DNA from: Candidatus Atabeyarchaeum deiterrae
GTDB taxonomy: Archaea > Asgardarchaeota > Atabeyarchaeia > Atabeyarchaeales > Atabeyarchaeaceae
Assembly (NCBI GenBank): GCA_037310415.1
Contig: CP147780.1
Location: 1,216,001 to 1,280,000, forward strand
Direction of reading: 5' to 3'
Length of the DNA stretch: 64,000 nucleotides
Positions 17,832-27,106 of the stretch are shown piece after piece; positions within the stretch are counted from its first letter, which is position 1, and every line of letters begins with the position of its first letter. The notes beneath the pieces are model-generated. The model made no database searches. It saw only the letters and a program-made list of their open reading frames with translations, and was not told the origin of the DNA. Position numbers and translations under genes: made by a program.

Positions 17832-20800
17832 ATGAGTCGAAAATGTGGTTGCTCAAAAGATGAGGGCGGTCAATCATGCAGTTGCAGTTCTGCGACGCCT
17901 TCGAAGAAAGTAATGAGAAACGTGACAAAGCCCCTTTCTGGTATCCCGCTCGGAGGGATCGGCACGGGTTCCGTTGAGTTGAGAGCGGACGGTCGCTTCC
18001 ATGAATGGCAGATCTTCAACAACCCTCCTTGGAGCGGAGGTTCCCTTCTCGTAGACTGGAAAGGTGAGGAGTTCTTGGAATCAGACGATTTCTACTTTGC
18101 CATCCGTGTCAAAGCACCGGACAGCGAGCCGAAAGTAAGGCTTCTTGCGTCAAGAGAGAAGAATGAGGTGAATAGGCTCTATGCCATCCCGTTTCTCAGG
18201 AACGTTGACGATATTGAGTACGTCGGGGAATTTCCATTCGTTAAGATCAACTATCAAACTGATCTCCCTCTTGATCTTCGACTCAATGCCTTCTCACCGT
18301 TCATTCCCACTGACATCAAGAACTCGTCACTGCCAGCAGCTATACTTACATTCACGCTTAAGAATACCTCAAAGCAAAAACTGGAGATATCCATGCTTGG
18401 GGGAGTGGTGAATCCTGTCGGTAGAGACGTTCGTAAGAGCGAAGCTACCAACAGTCTAACCGAAGTCGATGGTTCTATTACAGTTGAAATGAGCGCGAAG
18501 AATATCCCACAGGACCATTGCCAGTATCAAGGGTCGCTCGCACTAACCTGTTTGACCATAGACCAGCAAAGAGTATCTTATCGTGCATCTCAACCCGTCG
18601 TGGTCGAGCTTGAAGGATCGGGTCAAAGCGGAGAAGATTACTGGCGAATATTCCAGACCGAAGGTGAACTGGACAACAAGGAAAAAATCCAACCACCATT
18701 CGCAGCAACCGCAATCCTAGGCCTACCTGACATGTTTCAAACCATGAGTAAGATTGGAAGCGCTTACGTCGCGTTTCCGAAAGACGTTCAACGGATAATA
18801 GAGTCATCTTTGGTTGTTAATGTTCCTGAGTTCGAGGAAGCAATCGCATCAGATCTCGTTCTGCAAGCTGACCCAAAGAAAAGGTGGCTTTTCATACTTG
18901 AGCAGAGACTGAAGCAGAACCCGCAGGCTGAGAAGCAGTATGAGGAGATTGTGTCTCAGAAACCCGAAGTGGCCAAGGATCTCCGGGAGAAACAGAGGGT
19001 CTTGGAGAGAATACTTCCTGCGCCCAAGATGCCGATCTCTGCTCCTAAACCAAAGGGACCACATGGATTATTGTGCAGCAAACTCACTTTGCCTCCGAAT
19101 GCCGAAGCGAAAGTCACATTCATTCTGACATGGTTCTTCCCTAACCACACGAGTCCAGATGGATCCGAGAGAATGGGGCACATGTACGAAAACTGGTTCT
19201 CAAGCGCCCTGCAAGTGTCTGAGTACGTCGTGAGGAATCTCGAACAGCTGAACAAGCGAAGTAAGGCTTTTCACGATGCCCTCTACGAGTCCAGCTTCAA
19301 CTATTGGCTGGTCGACGCGGTCAACGCTCAACTCACAACCTTCGTTAAAAGTTCCTTCTATGTGAAGAACGGACGATTCGGAATATGGGAAGGAATAGGA
19401 TGCTGTGGGCTTCAAACCTTGGACGTGACGTACTATGGCTCATATCCTATCCTGTTGTTCTTCCCTGAGCTTCAAAAGTCGCAGATGAAGCTGACTGCAG
19501 AATTTCAGTTAACTCCAGAGTCAAGGAGGTACCACGAGTATTTCGTAGCTTTCCCAAAGAACAAGAAGCTCTTCCAAGAATATGCTAAGCTGGATCCATC
19601 ACTATTAACGAACAAAGAGAAGAGAATCAAAGTCTACCGTGACATAGTCGCCGAGACTGGTCAAGATGCAACAGGCCGCATTCCACATATGTTTCCTGGA
19701 ACCTTCAATGCCGTGGATGCGTATCACATGATTGACCTGATGCCAAAATTCGCTCTGCTTGTTTTGCGGGACTACATGTGGACGGGAGACAAAAACAGCC
19801 TTGAGGAGATGTGGCCACATGTCAAAGCAGCGATGGACCACAACTTGTCCTTGGACGAACATGGTGTCTTTCTACCATATCACTATGACCGCTCATTGAC
19901 AGACACCTATATAGCGTCACAGACCTATGACATCTGGGACTTCCTAGGATATTCTGCATATGTAAGTTCAATATGGCTTGCCGCTCTCCAAGCCACGAAG
20001 GAAATCGCCCGAATTATGGGGGACGAGATCTATGCAGCAAGAATGGATGAAGTATACGAGAAAGCCCAGAGCAATATGGAGAAGCTTCTCTGGAACGGAG
20101 AGTACTACAACTTGTGGAATGACCCCCCGTCTGGAAAGATGAACTACTACTGTATGGCAGATCAATTAAACGGACAGTGGTTCGCCAACTTCCTGAAGTT
20201 GGGCGACATCTTAGATAAGAACCATATCAAATCAGCATTAGAGGCGATATTCAAGTATAACTACGACCCTGAGGTGGGGCTTCTCAACGGAGCCTTGCCG
20301 GAAAAGTTCAAAGGAAAAGGCGCTGACACATCTGGAGGTTACGGAGGGTTTGTCAATCCGTCTCTGCAGAGAGACAACCCCTGGACAGGAACAGAGTATG
20401 CAGTAGCCTCCCTGCTCATCCAAGAAGGATTCATTGATGAGGGATTGACGGTTGTTAAGAATGTTTATGACAGATATCAGCAGGCTGGGCTCACTTGGAA
20501 CCACATAGAATGCGGCGGGCACTATTACCGCGCGATGGATATCTGGGCGGTACTGACGGACCTTGCAGGATTCGATTACAGCGCGCCTCAAGGATCACTA
20601 AGCTTCGAGCCAAAAGTGAACCGAGAAAATTTCAAGTCAGTCTTCGTCGTTCCCACCGGATGGGGAATAATCACTCAGAACCAGGGAGAAGAGGCGCCGA
20701 GGCAAGTCGATACAATAGGAGTTCGCGAGGGAGCGCTCACAGTTGCGAAACTAAAGTTTAGCACATCAGTCGAGAAACCACAAGTCAAAGTCCAGAAAGG

Positions 20801-20924
20801 ATCAAACACGATCTCTCTAAAAGAAACCAAATTCGAAGAGGGATCTCTACTCATAGAGTTCAAAGAACAAATAAATGTCAAAGCTGGAGAGACACTCCGA
20901 GTCGAAATCACATCGAGTCAGTAA
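17832..20924 (+). CDS. GH116 family glycoside hydrolase (GBA2-like)
   Basis: GIPLGGIGTG, FSPFIP, SSLPA, TLDV.YY, QTYD.W, LWNGEYY, ADQL.GQW, WTGTEY and Y.RAM motifs. Confidence 0.9.
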   Translation: MSRKCGCSKDEGGQSCSCSSATPSKKVMRNVTKPLSGIPLGGIGTGSVELRADGRFHEWQIFNNPPWSGGSLLVDWKGEEFLESDDFYFAIRVKAPDSEPKVRLLASREKNEVNRLYAIPFLRNVDDIEYVGEFPFVKINYQTDLPLDLRLNAFSPFIPTDIKNSSLPAAILTFTLKNTSKQKLEISMLGGVVNPVGRDVRKSEATNSLTEVDGSITVEMSAKNIPQDHCQYQGSLALTCLTIDQQRVSYRASQPVVVELEGSGQSGEDYWRIFQTEGELDNKEKIQPPFAATAILGLPDMFQTMSKIGSAYVAFPKDVQRIIESSLVVNVPEFEEAIASDLVLQADPKKRWLFILEQRLKQNPQAEKQYEEIVSQKPEVAKDLREKQRVLERILPAPKMPISAPKPKGPHGLLCSKLTLPPNAEAKVTFILTWFFPNHTSPDGSERMGHMYENWFSSALQVSEYVVRNLEQLNKRSKAFHDALYESSFNYWLVDAVNAQLTTFVKSSFYVKNGRFGIWEGIGCCGLQTLDVTYYGSYPILLFFPELQKSQMKLTAEFQLTPESRRYHEYFVAFPKNKKLFQEYAKLDPSLLTNKEKRIKVYRDIVAETGQDATGRIPHMFPGTFNAVDAYHMIDLMPKFALLVLRDYMWTGDKNSLEEMWPHVKAAMDHNLSLDEHGVFLPYHYDRSLTDTYIASQTYDIWDFLGYSAYVSSIWLAALQATKEIARIMGDEIYAARMDEVYEKAQSNMEKLLWNGEYYNLWNDPPSGKMNYYCMADQLNGQWFANFLKLGDILDKNHIKSALEAIFKYNYDPEVGLLNGALPEKFKGKGADTSGGYGGFVNPSLQRDNPWTGTEYAVASLLIQEGFIDEGLTVVKNVYDRYQQAGLTWNHIECGGHYYRAMDIWAVLTDLAGFDYSAPQGSLSFEPKVNRENFKSVFVVPTGWGIITQNQGEEAPRQVDTIGVREGALTVAKLKFSTSVEKPQVKVQKGSNTISLKETKFEEGSLLIEFKEQINVKAGETLRVEITSSQ

Positions 20925-20942
20925 AGGAGGGTTGCGTGGTAA

Positions 20943-21845
20943 ATGGAATCGAATGTCAAGTTCAATGATTACTGCTACCAGATTGACATAAAGCAATGGG
21001 GCCTACCGCAAGTAGGAACCGCATATGTAGCCAAAAGTGAGAAGACTGCTCTCGTAGATGCTGGAACGGGTCACACAGTCAGAGACATTCTGAAGGCCTT
21101 AGCTAATTTCAAGATTGATCCAGCCAAGATAGACTATATGATTATAACACACGAACACTACGACCACGCAGCAGGAGCGGCGCTGCTTCTGGAGAAAATG
21201 CCGAAAGCGAAGGTATACGCGTCCGAAGCAACAGCAAAGGTGCTCGGGGCGCCACAGGAAATACAAGAGAAAACCAAGCAATACTATGGAGAAGCAAAGG
21301 CTCTAGTAAGTCCGTACCCACCAGTTAAAGAAGTCAACATAGTGAAAGAAGGATACAAATTCGACGTAGGTAATGGGGTGACTCTTGAGGTGAAAGACTT
21401 CAAGGGACACACGCCTGGTAGCATTGGGCTCTTCGAAGCAAAAACGAAAACACTTTTCGCAGGAGACGCTGTATGCGTCTACAATGAGGAGTTTGATTTC
21501 TACCTGCCGCCGTCGTACCCAGACCTATTTGACTATCAAGCCTACTTGAATTCACTTAAGAAGATATCAGCGGTCGATTTCAACCATCTTTGCATAGGGC
21601 ACTTCGGAACACTGAAACCGCCAAAAGCGAAACAGGTCATCAAGAAAGCAGGGGAAATAGTGCAAGACTGGAAGGAAATAATCAGCAAGACATACCGAGA
21701 AACGAAAGACGAAAACAAGGTGTATGAAGCGATAATGTCCAAGTACGGTCAAAACAAATACATTTCAAGATTCCCAGAAATGATCCGAAGATCCACGTTA
21801 GGTCAAATGATTAAAGGATACATGCTGTCACTGAAACTCCAGTAA
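20943..21845 (+). CDS. MBL-fold metallo-hydrolase
   Basis: THEHYDH, GHTPG, FAGDA and GHFG motifs. Confidence 0.88.
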   Translation: MESNVKFNDYCYQIDIKQWGLPQVGTAYVAKSEKTALVDAGTGHTVRDILKALANFKIDPAKIDYMIITHEHYDHAAGAALLLEKMPKAKVYASEATAKVLGAPQEIQEKTKQYYGEAKALVSPYPPVKEVNIVKEGYKFDVGNGVTLEVKDFKGHTPGSIGLFEAKTKTLFAGDAVCVYNEEFDFYLPPSYPDLFDYQAYLNSLKKISAVDFNHLCIGHFGTLKPPKAKQVIKKAGEIVQDWKEIISKTYRETKDENKVYEAIMSKYGQNKYISRFPEMIRRSTLGQMIKGYMLSLKLQ

Positions 21846-21964
21846 GTACATGCCAGTTTGCCAGTTCTCAACGAGCAAGCTCTACTTTGCAGAGTATGTT
21901 TCCGCCTCAAGTGTTTTGTATTTCCACCTTCTCTTGTCCTTCCAATTGTTGGGTGATTGTTCGT

Positions 21965-22333
21965 ATGGAAACCGATTCGCTATATTGTAGCAACTGCGGA
22001 GCCAGACTTCAACCTGGCTCCAGATTCTGTAGTCAATGTGGACAATCCGTTGCATCTGGCGAAGCCAAAGGGCAGCCAGGTACTCCGTTGGATCGGTCTG
22101 CTTGGCGTCTTAGGAGGAGACAGTGGATTCTAAGGCTTATTGAGAAGTTTCGTGAGAAAGGTGCCGTCAGCCCAGATAAGGCTTTGGCCGCCCCTCAGCT
22201 TGGTCTCGGTCCGAGATTCGAACTGGCAATGCACAGGCGCCTTGGCAAAGAAGGCATTTTCGTGGAAATGAATGGCAGATATTACTTATCTGAGGAGAAG
22301 CTGAAAGGATTTAGAGACCGAATGGCAACCTGA
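21965..22333 (+). CDS. Zinc-ribbon domain protein
   Basis: YCSNCG...FCSQCG; start set at ATG 21965. Confidence 0.75.
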   Translation: METDSLYCSNCGARLQPGSRFCSQCGQSVASGEAKGQPGTPLDRSAWRLRRRQWILRLIEKFREKGAVSPDKALAAPQLGLGPRFELAMHRRLGKEGIFVEMNGRYYLSEEKLKGFRDRMAT

Positions 22334-22459
22334 CGGGATTAATGATTAGGCAGCAAAATTTTCCTCATGAAACGAACCTGAAGATGCCGTCTGCTTCACG
22401 GTCAAACGAATTGAATACAGCAAGACATAAGTATGAAGCGACCTAAAACTAATTGTTGT

Positions 22460-22535
22460 AGCCCCGTGGTCTAGCGGCCAATGATGGCGGGCTCTGGACC
22501 CGTTGACGGGAGTTCGAATCTCCCCGGGGCTACCA
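22460..22535 (+). tRNA. tRNA-Gln(CUG), intron-less, CCA encoded
   Basis: Acceptor AGCCCCG/CGGGGCT (A1:U72), anticodon arm GCGGG-CT-CTG-GA-CCCGT, T arm GGGAG-TTCGAAT-CTCCC, ACCA end. Confidence 0.97.
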
Positions 22536-22593
22536 CTTACTTAACGATACTAGGCGAGGTTCTTCCCCAAATCGGCTCTTCTGGAGGAGAGGG

Positions 22594-23061
22594 TTGTTGG
22601 GCAAGCTTCACGAAGAAGATGAGCTTCCACACGGGCATCTGCTTCAAGTCTCCTGTTTTATGCTGTTCTTGACTGTCTGGTTTCTAGACTCATTTATCTT
22701 CTATTACTCAACGTTCTTAGCTGAATATCTCCCTTGGCTAGTTCGCCTAGCGCTTGCTTTGGGCGTCTTTGTTATCGGGCTTGCAGTATTGGATTTGGCT
22801 CACAGACACCTGCACAGTATGAAGTCAGGGAAACTCATGACCACAGGCATCTATGGGCATGTAAGGCATCCGCTATATCTGGGGATCTTGCTTCTCTATC
22901 TCCCTTTCACCTTATGGAGTTTTTCATTATTGAGCCTCGTACCGTGGCTGATTGCAGCAGTCGCCTACAACAGGATGGCTGACTATGAGGAGCAATTGCT
23001 AAAAAGAAGGTTCGGAAGAGGGTATCTTGATTATGAGAAGAAGGTTCGAAAATGGATCTGA
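22594..23061 (+). CDS. Isoprenylcysteine carboxylmethyltransferase/PEMT-like membrane protein
   Basis: L.TTGIYGHVRHPLY, EEQLL..RFG..Y..Y...VRKWI. Confidence 0.85.
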   Translation: MLGKLHEEDELPHGHLLQVSCFMLFLTVWFLDSFIFYYSTFLAEYLPWLVRLALALGVFVIGLAVLDLAHRHLHSMKSGKLMTTGIYGHVRHPLYLGILLLYLPFTLWSFSLLSLVPWLIAAVAYNRMADYEEQLLKRRFGRGYLDYEKKVRKWI

Positions 23062-23096
23062 GAATAGATGAATCCCTAAATCGAACGTCTCCGAAC

Positions 23097-23576
23097 TCAT
23101 GGTTGGAGGATTTTTTCTCCCAGTTTCCTTCCAAATTCTACGCACTTATCAATTTCATCTTCATCAATCGGTCCTTTCATTCCTTTCACCCTGATCGATA
23201 AACTGAGAGACATCAATTTCAGCTTACCGACCACTCTTGTTAGCTTTTCCTCTATTTTCTTTGCGGTCTTCTGGAAGTCCTTGCCAATGTAAGTATCAAA
23301 AGCTGCGGTGACTTTGTTCTTCAAGTCGAGTTCACTAAGTTTGTCGATGAATTTCCTGATCGGTCTTGAAGGTCCACCCATATGGTTGGGGGAGCCTATT
23401 ACTATCAGATCGTATTTGGGCATGTTGTTTATTTCAACGTCCTGAACTTTCTCGAGTTCCACTTGTATTCCTCTGACGGTCCTCAGGCCTTCTGAGATTT
23501 TCTCTGCTACGATCTTTGTGTTGCCATATTTCGAGTCGTAGACTATGATTCCCTTCATCAATTTCGTTTTCACCAA
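23097..23576 (-). CDS. Flavodoxin
   Basis: YDSKYGNT, GSP.H and AAFDT motifs. Confidence 0.88.
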   Translation of the reverse strand: MVKTKLMKGIIVYDSKYGNTKIVAEKISEGLRTVRGIQVELEKVQDVEINNMPKYDLIVIGSPNHMGGPSRPIRKFIDKLSELDLKNKVTAAFDTYIGKDFQKTAKKIEEKLTRVVGKLKLMSLSLSIRVKGMKGPIDEDEIDKCVEFGRKLGEKILQP

Positions 23577-23803
23577 CGTTTGGGCTTGGCGATCTTCTCT
23601 TGGACGGATGGTCTAGATTGTCGGTTAACTTGCTCATTAACTCGCTGGTTGCGTCTAACTGTCGATTATTGTCGTGCACCTGGAGACTAGGTGACTGTCT
23701 CTGCTACCTTTGTCTGAATTGATCTGTGATAGAATGTTAATCTGACTTGCAGCAAGACATGTACCAGAATAGCATTAAGAAAAAAAGGGGATGAGATAGT
23801 CTC

Positions 23804-24016
23804 CTAATCCTCAATGAGATATGTGCGATCCATCCACCATAAGGCACCGCCGAAGAAGAGCGCGGAGCCAATGGCTAGAACGATCCCTGCGCCGCCAGCG
23901 TTGCCTAGCACGAACAGTAGCACAATTCCGACTATCAAAAGCAATGCTCCGAATAGTAGGAAAATGAGCCTAATCAGCTTTTCAAAGCCTGCAGTCTTTT
24001 CGTCAATCTTTACCAT
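23804..24016 (-). CDS. Small two-TM membrane protein
   Basis: 70-aa ORF with AGGTGA RBS and two hydrophobic helices. Confidence 0.65.
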   Translation of the reverse strand: MVKIDEKTAGFEKLIRLIFLLFGALLLIVGIVLLFVLGNAGGAGIVLAIGSALFFGGALWWMDRTYLIED

Positions 24017-24335
24017 TGCTTTTCACCTTGCAGAGAATAATCGCTTAGGAAAGTTATAAGCATTACTAACTGTAATGACTAGTCGAAGTCTCGGTAAAGC
24101 GCCATTTTTCGCAAGTGGATCGATGAATTTCTTTAACAATACCATTTCAAGGCATTGATTGATGCGATACTTGAAGGTGAAGGCAAACTCGATCATAGAG
24201 AGTCACGGTTCTGATTGTGGATACTATAAGGAGCTTTGTCTTCGATAGTATGTTCAAGCGAACTTTCTTGGGTCGCCATCGTTCTCCGTTGTTGCTCTGT
24301 TGGAGTCGCCGACCATATTTGGCATGGTGCCGTGG

Positions 24336-26480
24336 TCAACTCAAGTCTCCTTTCAGAATAACTCTGGCATCCACTGTTATTGCCCCATCCGGATAACAAA
24401 TGACTGGATTGAGGTCCATCTCCTTGATCGCTGGGTTCTGTTGAACAAGCATCGATACTTTTTTCAAGATGGAGACTAGGGCCTCCTTGTCTATTGGTTT
24501 GAGGTTACGGTAGCCTTCCAGAAGTTGGTGAGTTCTGATCTCATTCATCATCGCCTCAGGATCTTTCTGGCTTATTGGAACTAACCTCAGAGAGAAATCC
24601 TTCAGTAGTTCTGTGAGTATCCCACCGAGTCCAAACATTATCACGGGTCCAAACTGCGGGTCATCTTTCACTCCTACGATTACCTCTATTCCTTGAGGAA
24701 CCATTTTCTGAACGGAAACCCCCGAGACAGATGCGCCGGCTTTGTAGTTCTTTGCATTCCGGATTATTTCGTCGAATGCGTCAATGACTTCGCTCTTGTT
24801 TCGGAGGTTCAGTTTTACCCCTCCAGCATCTGACTTGTGTACTATATCCCGAGATACTATTTTCAAGACGACCGGGTATCCGATTTTCTCTGCGACTCTG
24901 ACCACTTCGTCTTTATTCCTAGCTAGTTCCATTGTTGTTGTAGGTATCTGGTATGAAGAGAGCATCTGTTTTGACTCTATCTCTGTTAGGTCAGTTCTGC
25001 TCTCGTTGAGTGCATTCTCAATTATCTTCTTGCAGGCACAATTGTCTACTTTCAGGTCGACTGGTTTCTCAGTGAGTTTGCTTCGTTCGAGAAATCCTCC
25101 ATATCTGACAAGACCCGAAAGCGCTCTGATTGCTCTTTCAGGGGTAGAATAGAGAGTGACCCCAAACATTTTCTGCAGAATAGGTCTGATCAGCTTATCA
25201 TCTTCATCCATAGAGCCGACGCGAGGAACGGTGACTCCTTCCATCATAACTGATGAGTCAACTTGGTCAAGCATCGGTCCAAAGTTGCCCAAGATCTCAT
25301 CTATTCCTGAAATGCCTGACCCCGTAAATCCGAAGAACCAAGAGTCAACATTGGGATCCGCGAAGACTTGTTTGAGCACATCAACATTCGTGAATAAGCC
25401 AATCGATCCAGATGCGGTGAAATCTATTGGATTCTTGTAAGATGCGAATTCTGGCAGGATCTCCTTTAGCCTCTGCTTGTTCTCATCACTTATTGGAGGA
25501 ACCTGCAGACCGAGTTCGACAGCTTTGTCAACGGCAGCAGCACCAAGTCCTCCGCTGCCCACAAGCATGCCAACTCTGTTTCCCTTTGGCAAGGGCTGAG
25601 CCGAATATGCCTTCACATAATCGAAGAGTTCTTCAACATCATACGCTCTAACTATTCCAGCTTGCCTGAATGCGGCATCAAACACTTCATCTTCTCCAGC
25701 CATTGCCCCTGTGTGAGACTTCGCAGCAGCGCCGCCTGCTTTCGTCCTTCCTATCTTAATTGCAAAAATGGGCTTCCTTTTCGTTGTCTTCCTAGCTATA
25801 TCGTAGAATTGTCTACCATTTTCGATTCCTTCCATATACATCATGATGACCTTTGTATGTGGATCGGCATACAGATATTCCAAGTACTCATTGTCCTTGA
25901 CATCGGTCTTGTCTCCAACACTTATGAATTTGCTAAAGTTTATGCCCCGCGCCATTCCTGTTCCAAATATGTCGAGACCATAGCCTCCACTCTGTGTTAT
26001 GAAACCTACTTCGCCTTCCTTTTCAGCAGAAAGAATAGTAATGTTGAGACCAGTTGCACCATTGTAGATGCCCATGCAGTTTGGTCCAACTAATCTGATG
26101 TTTCCTCTCCTAGCTATCTTGAGTATTTCTTGCTCTCTCTGCACTCCTTCTTCACCGATCTCTCTGAATCCCGCCGAGAATACTATTGCACCCTTGACGC
26201 CTTTCTCGACACATTCTTCCATGACCTTTGGAACGACGTTAGCTGGGACTATCACTGCTACTAGATCTATTTCTGCTGGAATGTCGAGCATGCTGGAATA
26301 AACCTTGGTGCCATGGAATTCCCTTGTTTTCGGGTTTACTAAGTAGATTTCTCCTTTGTATTTGCTTCTCAGAGCGGTGAGTGTCACCCAATTCCCGAAT
26401 TTTAGCGGGTCATCTGATGCGCCTATTATGGCGACTGACCTCGGCTTGAAAATCGGATCAAGTTGTTCAACAATATCCAT
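24336..26480 (-). CDS. ADP-forming acyl-CoA synthetase, fused alpha-beta
   Basis: PRSVAIIGAS, GPNCMG, SHTGAMAG, then ATP-grasp GYPVVLK, HKSDAGGV, DPQFGP and DLNP. Confidence 0.93.
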   Translation of the reverse strand: MDIVEQLDPIFKPRSVAIIGASDDPLKFGNWVTLTALRSKYKGEIYLVNPKTREFHGTKVYSSMLDIPAEIDLVAVIVPANVVPKVMEECVEKGVKGAIVFSAGFREIGEEGVQREQEILKIARRGNIRLVGPNCMGIYNGATGLNITILSAEKEGEVGFITQSGGYGLDIFGTGMARGINFSKFISVGDKTDVKDNEYLEYLYADPHTKVIMMYMEGIENGRQFYDIARKTTKRKPIFAIKIGRTKAGGAAAKSHTGAMAGEDEVFDAAFRQAGIVRAYDVEELFDYVKAYSAQPLPKGNRVGMLVGSGGLGAAAVDKAVELGLQVPPISDENKQRLKEILPEFASYKNPIDFTASGSIGLFTNVDVLKQVFADPNVDSWFFGFTGSGISGIDEILGNFGPMLDQVDSSVMMEGVTVPRVGSMDEDDKLIRPILQKMFGVTLYSTPERAIRALSGLVRYGGFLERSKLTEKPVDLKVDNCACKKIIENALNESRTDLTEIESKQMLSSYQIPTTTMELARNKDEVVRVAEKIGYPVVLKIVSRDIVHKSDAGGVKLNLRNKSEVIDAFDEIIRNAKNYKAGASVSGVSVQKMVPQGIEVIVGVKDDPQFGPVIMFGLGGILTELLKDFSLRLVPISQKDPEAMMNEIRTHQLLEGYRNLKPIDKEALVSILKKVSMLVQQNPAIKEMDLNPVICYPDGAITVDARVILKGDLS

Positions 26481-26497
26481 GCTTCGAGGCCTTCCGT

Positions 26498-27106
26498 CTA
26501 AGCTTGCTTAACTGTTTTCTTTCCCAAATCAAAAGCCTTTAGATTCAGGTCGACCGCTTTCGGGAGCCTTTCCTTGATTGCATTCTTCAATTGCTCCTCC
26601 TTAACAGGGATTACTCCAGCGCCGAACGCTGCACCCACCATCACAATGTTAGATGAGAGAACATCGCCGGCATCTTTGGCTATTTGACTTGCATCAAGCA
26701 GGTACAGTTTCGAAGGAATTTTCTTTGCGAAGTCATATATCCTGTCTTGCGCTGGGTAGTTACCATCCGGTGGCATCACGGGATGACTGTTTGTTACAAT
26801 CACTCCATTCGGCTTTAGGAAAATTGTCGCGTACCTTAGTGATTCGAGCGGTTCAAGCCCTATGACAATGTCTGCACTGGCTTCAGGAATAAGTGGTCCA
26901 AACATCTTCTTCCTGCCAAGTCGGAGGTGGCTAGCAACGGATCCTCCTCTTTGACTCATGCCAAATGTTTCACCGATTGTTACATGGTAACCTGCTTCAA
27001 TGGCCGCATCAGCTACTATTCTAGAGGCAAGGATGTTTCCCTGCCCACCCACGCCAGCTATGATAATGTCAAAGTTTTCCTTCTCGTTCTCTTTTTTTTC
27101 CTTCAT
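26498..27106 (-). CDS. iorB: Indolepyruvate:ferredoxin oxidoreductase beta subunit
   Basis: GVGGQG, GMSQRGGSV; ATGA overlap with iorA stop. Confidence 0.92.
   Translation of the reverse strand: MKEKKENEKENFDIIIAGVGGQGNILASRIVADAAIEAGYHVTIGETFGMSQRGGSVASHLRLGRKKMFGPLIPEASADIVIGLEPLESLRYATIFLKPNGVIVTNSHPVMPPDGNYPAQDRIYDFAKKIPSKLYLLDASQIAKDAGDVLSSNIVMVGAAFGAGVIPVKEEQLKNAIKERLPKAVDLNLKAFDLGKKTVKQA

Noticed and set aside
22460-22535. tRNA-Gln as the integration site of a downstream island
   Set aside because: I found no duplicate of the tRNA 3' end and no integrase in the window (by-eye scan).
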